Shown here piece after piece: positions 61,521 to 64,000 of a stretch of DNA of 64,000 nt. The stretch comes from Longimicrobiales bacterium. Its GTDB lineage: Bacteria > Gemmatimonadota > Gemmatimonadetes > Longimicrobiales > Gaopeijiaceae. Numbering within the stretch: the first letter of the stretch is position 1; the number at the start of each line of letters is the position of its first letter. Position numbers and translations under genes: made by a program. Under the pieces are notes generated by a model. It did no database searches, was not told the origin of the DNA, and saw nothing but the letters and a program-made list of their open reading frames with translations. The stretch lies in NCBI GenBank assembly GCA_965226375.1, contig CBDDCX010000008.1, forward strand, positions 736,001-800,000. The letters are read 5' to 3'.

Positions 61521-62241
61521 TTTGGGGCTGATTTCGCTCCTCGCGCAGGTCAGGGCACCGACCACGGCGTGGGACATGGTGTTCGGCGGGAGCCTACCGA
61601 CCCGGTTGGTTCTGCTCCTGCTCGCCATGTCCTCCGCAGCCTGCTGGATCCTCATCTTCTGGAAGGCGAAGCAGTTCAGAACCGTGCGGTGGCAGGGCGA
61701 CCGCTTCCTGCAGCATATGGAGCGCGCGACGGGCCTGGAAGACGCCTATAAGGCGATCATCGCGCTCCCCGAGTCGCCCTACGGCCGGGTCTTTCGGCAG
61801 GGAGTGAACTTTTTCAGTGAGCTCAGGCCGGGTGCTCTGCGGGAAGGCGCCCCAGTCGGCGAGGGGCTGTCGCTGACCCAACTCCAGGTCCTCAAGCTCG
61901 TGCTCGAGAAGGAAGAGGCCGAGGAGAGGGACGAGTTGGCCAGGGGCCTCACCTGGCTCGCGGTCATAGGGTCTGTGTCACCGCTCATGGGCCTCATGGG
62001 CACGGTCATCGGCATCACGAACACGTTCCTGGGAATCACGGCTTCAGGTTCCACGAACATCGGGGCGGTGGCACCGGGCGTGGCCGAAGCGTTGGTGACC
62101 ACCGTGGCAGGTCTGGCGGTGGCCATTCCCGCAGTGATCGCCTACAACCACTTTGTGGCGAGGCTCAACCTGGTGAGTGGCGAGCTGGAGGGCTTTTCGA
62201 GCGAGTTCATAGGGACGTTGGCCCGGGAGGGCCGGGTATGA
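61510..62241 (+). CDS. tolQ: MotA/TolQ/ExbB proton channel protein
   Basis: SPLMGLMGTVIGI, VAPGVAEALVTTVAGL.VAIPA. Confidence 0.88.
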   Translation: MGASLGLISLLAQVRAPTTAWDMVFGGSLPTRLVLLLLAMSSAACWILIFWKAKQFRTVRWQGDRFLQHMERATGLEDAYKAIIALPESPYGRVFRQGVNFFSELRPGALREGAPVGEGLSLTQLQVLKLVLEKEEAEERDELARGLTWLAVIGSVSPLMGLMGTVIGITNTFLGITASGSTNIGAVAPGVAEALVTTVAGLAVAIPAVIAYNHFVARLNLVSGELEGFSSEFIGTLAREGRV

Positions 62242-62290
62242 TGCGTGCTCCCGAGTCCCACGGGGCCGGCCCCTCGGGGAACAACGTCGC

Positions 62291-62707
62291 ATGATGAGAT
62301 CCAGGTCGGGTCGGGGTCGCGACCTCGAGCCCATGGCGGACATCAACGTGACCAGCCTGATCGACGTGGCGTTCACTCTGCTCATCATCTTCATCATCAC
62401 GGCGCCCATCCTGCAGGGGGGCATCGAGGTCGAGGTCCCCGAGGCGGACGTTGCCGCTCTGTCGGCTGAAGACAACACACTTATCGTGTCCGTCGACCGG
62501 GAAGGCACGGTCTACCTGGCCGAAACGCCTGTGAGCCGGGCCGACTTCTCCCAGTCCTTCGGCCAGTTCGTCTCGGGCGGCCGCATCGAGAAGGTCTGGA
62601 TTCAGGCCGACTCGTTGGCCGCCTGGGGCATCGGGGTCGAGATCATGGGAACCATCAAGGACAGCGGACTCCCGTTCGCCGTCGTAGCCCACCAGCGCCC
62701 GAGATGA
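62291..62707 (+). CDS. ExbD/TolR protein
   Basis: ADINVTSLIDVAFTLLIIFIITAP. Confidence 0.92.
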   Translation: MMRSRSGRGRDLEPMADINVTSLIDVAFTLLIIFIITAPILQGGIEVEVPEADVAALSAEDNTLIVSVDREGTVYLAETPVSRADFSQSFGQFVSGGRIEKVWIQADSLAAWGIGVEIMGTIKDSGLPFAVVAHQRPR

Positions 62708-63450
62708 CACCGGTCGCGACGCCTCGCCGACAACGGCACGAACGGGTCGGAAAGGGCCCGGTCGTGGGCTCGGTGTTGATTCACTGTATGGCCATCTTCC
62801 TGGCCTGGTGGACCTCGGCTATGGAGCGTGAGATCCCCAACTTTGTCGTATACGAGATAGAGCTGGTGTCCCCTCCTGCGGCCGAGCTTGGGGATCCCAC
62901 TCCACCGCCACCCGAAGAATTGGTCATCGAGACGCCGGAGGAAGTGGTACCGGAGCCTCAGGAGGAAGAACCGCCGCCCAGCATCGAGGACGATCCTCCT
63001 CCCCCTGAGGACCCGAAGCCCGAAGAGGTGACGGCTCCCCCGGAACCCGAGGAGGACCCGACTCCGGCCACCAGCCCCGACCCCGACCCCGATGTGGAGA
63101 CGCCGGGCGAGGATTTGAACGTGCGTATGGAAGGGCTCCGCAGGGACTACCCCGTGTACTACGAGAACATCATCCGGCAGATGCAGCGCTGCTTCCGCTG
63201 GAGAGGGGCCGACACCTATACCGCGAGCATCTTCTTCATCATCAACCGGGACGGAACGGTGTCCGGCATCGATGTGTTGGAGTCGTCGAGTCATACCCCC
63301 TTCGACATCGAGGCCATGGGGGCCGCAGAGTGCGCGGGGAATCGAGGCCGGCTGGGGCCATTCCCCGATGAGCTGCCCTTCGACCAGTTGCCCATCCGCT
63401 TCAATTTCGGTCCCAGGAGCGGTCGTCGTGGCATGGATCTTGACGTCTAA
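62704..63450 (+). CDS. TonB/TolA-like energy transducer
   Basis: TM helix with SVLIH, Pro/Glu-rich linker, C-terminal F.INRDG.V...SS...FD.EA. Confidence 0.85.
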   Translation: MTPVATPRRQRHERVGKGPVVGSVLIHCMAIFLAWWTSAMEREIPNFVVYEIELVSPPAAELGDPTPPPPEELVIETPEEVVPEPQEEEPPPSIEDDPPPPEDPKPEEVTAPPEPEEDPTPATSPDPDPDVETPGEDLNVRMEGLRRDYPVYYENIIRQMQRCFRWRGADTYTASIFFIINRDGTVSGIDVLESSSHTPFDIEAMGAAECAGNRGRLGPFPDELPFDQLPIRFNFGPRSGRRGMDLDV

Positions 63451-63539
63451 TGCCCCGGATGGACCACCTCTCGACGGGTCGAGAACTTCGGTACCTGGGT
63501 GCTAACGAACTGAATGTGCGAATCAAGCGGGAGGTGTCG

Positions 63540-64000
63540 ATGAATGTGGACGTGAGAAACGGTTTTCGGGTGAGCGGTTTCCGGTTAGGGATGCTCGCTC
63601 TCGTGGCGGCGATTATTCCCGCCGGACCTGCGTCGGCCCAGGTACAGGACTCCATTCCGGGCGTCACGCTCGGACTCCTCTACGAGACGGGATACCAGCC
63701 GGCCCTGGCCGTTCAGCCCTTCACCGGCCGCCTGGGCGGTGAGGCGTCGGCTTCACGAGTCGAGGCCATCATGGCCCGGGACCTGCGCTACAGCGATCGC
63801 TTCGAGATCATGGACTCCCTTCCGGAGTCGCTGGTGGGCGACGAGATCGACTATCAGCTCTGGGATCAGCTGGGGGCCGTCTGGCTCCTGTCGGGGGCGC
63901 TGGAAGGGGCCGGTGAAGGCTTCGTTCTGGTCATCGAGCTTCATGACGTGGTATACGGAGAAGTGCGCCAGCGCGGGCGCTTTCTCGTGCCCGACGACAT
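63540..64000 (+). CDS. tolB: TolB-like protein, N-terminal part (runs off window end)
   Basis: Manual translation: signal peptide, ALAVQPF...IMARDLRYSDRF...IDYQLWDQLGAVWLLSG; follows tolQRA-like genes. Confidence 0.75.
   Translation, partial: MNVDVRNGFRVSGFRLGMLALVAAIIPAGPASAQVQDSIPGVTLGLLYETGYQPALAVQPFTGRLGGEASASRVEAIMARDLRYSDRFEIMDSLPESLVGDEIDYQLWDQLGAVWLLSGALEGAGEGFVLVIELHDVVYGEVRQRGRFLVPDD

Overview
GC-rich bacterial chromosome segment; protein style and gene order suggest Gemmatimonadota, which is an inference. It has three parts. (1) 1-18.8 kb: fusA 3' end, tuf and the S10/spc/alpha ribosomal supercluster through rpoA-rplQ, then rpmB. Unusual points are a 370-aa L4 with an appended linker and small helical domain, acidic low-complexity tails on L29, S17, L15 and S11, an 8x13-bp tandem repeat between rplB and rpsS, no infA, and a direct-repeat-flanked palindromic insert after tuf. 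(2) 19.7-43 kb: a hypervariable, partly decayed surface-polysaccharide locus (WbpA/B/D/E-like, rfbABD, ugd, several SDR epimerases, glycosyltransferases, FkbM, asnB, cysNC remnant). It carries an IS1595 insertion, a G21 homopolymer frameshift, four apparent gene-fusion junctions and four interleaved toxin-antitoxin cassettes. (3) 43-64 kb: housekeeping genes (TPR proteins, bamD, nadD, secA, radC, rel, uvrB, tsaE, tsaB, rimI, LysM protein, ccsA-hemA, epimerase, tolQ/R/A/B-like). A TA-flanked MITE lies between rel and uvrB, and a second palindromic element after secA shares junction and loop motifs, but not stem sequence, with the tuf element. No rRNA, tRNA or CRISPR array was recognised. All family assignments come from motif recognition by eye, not database searches.
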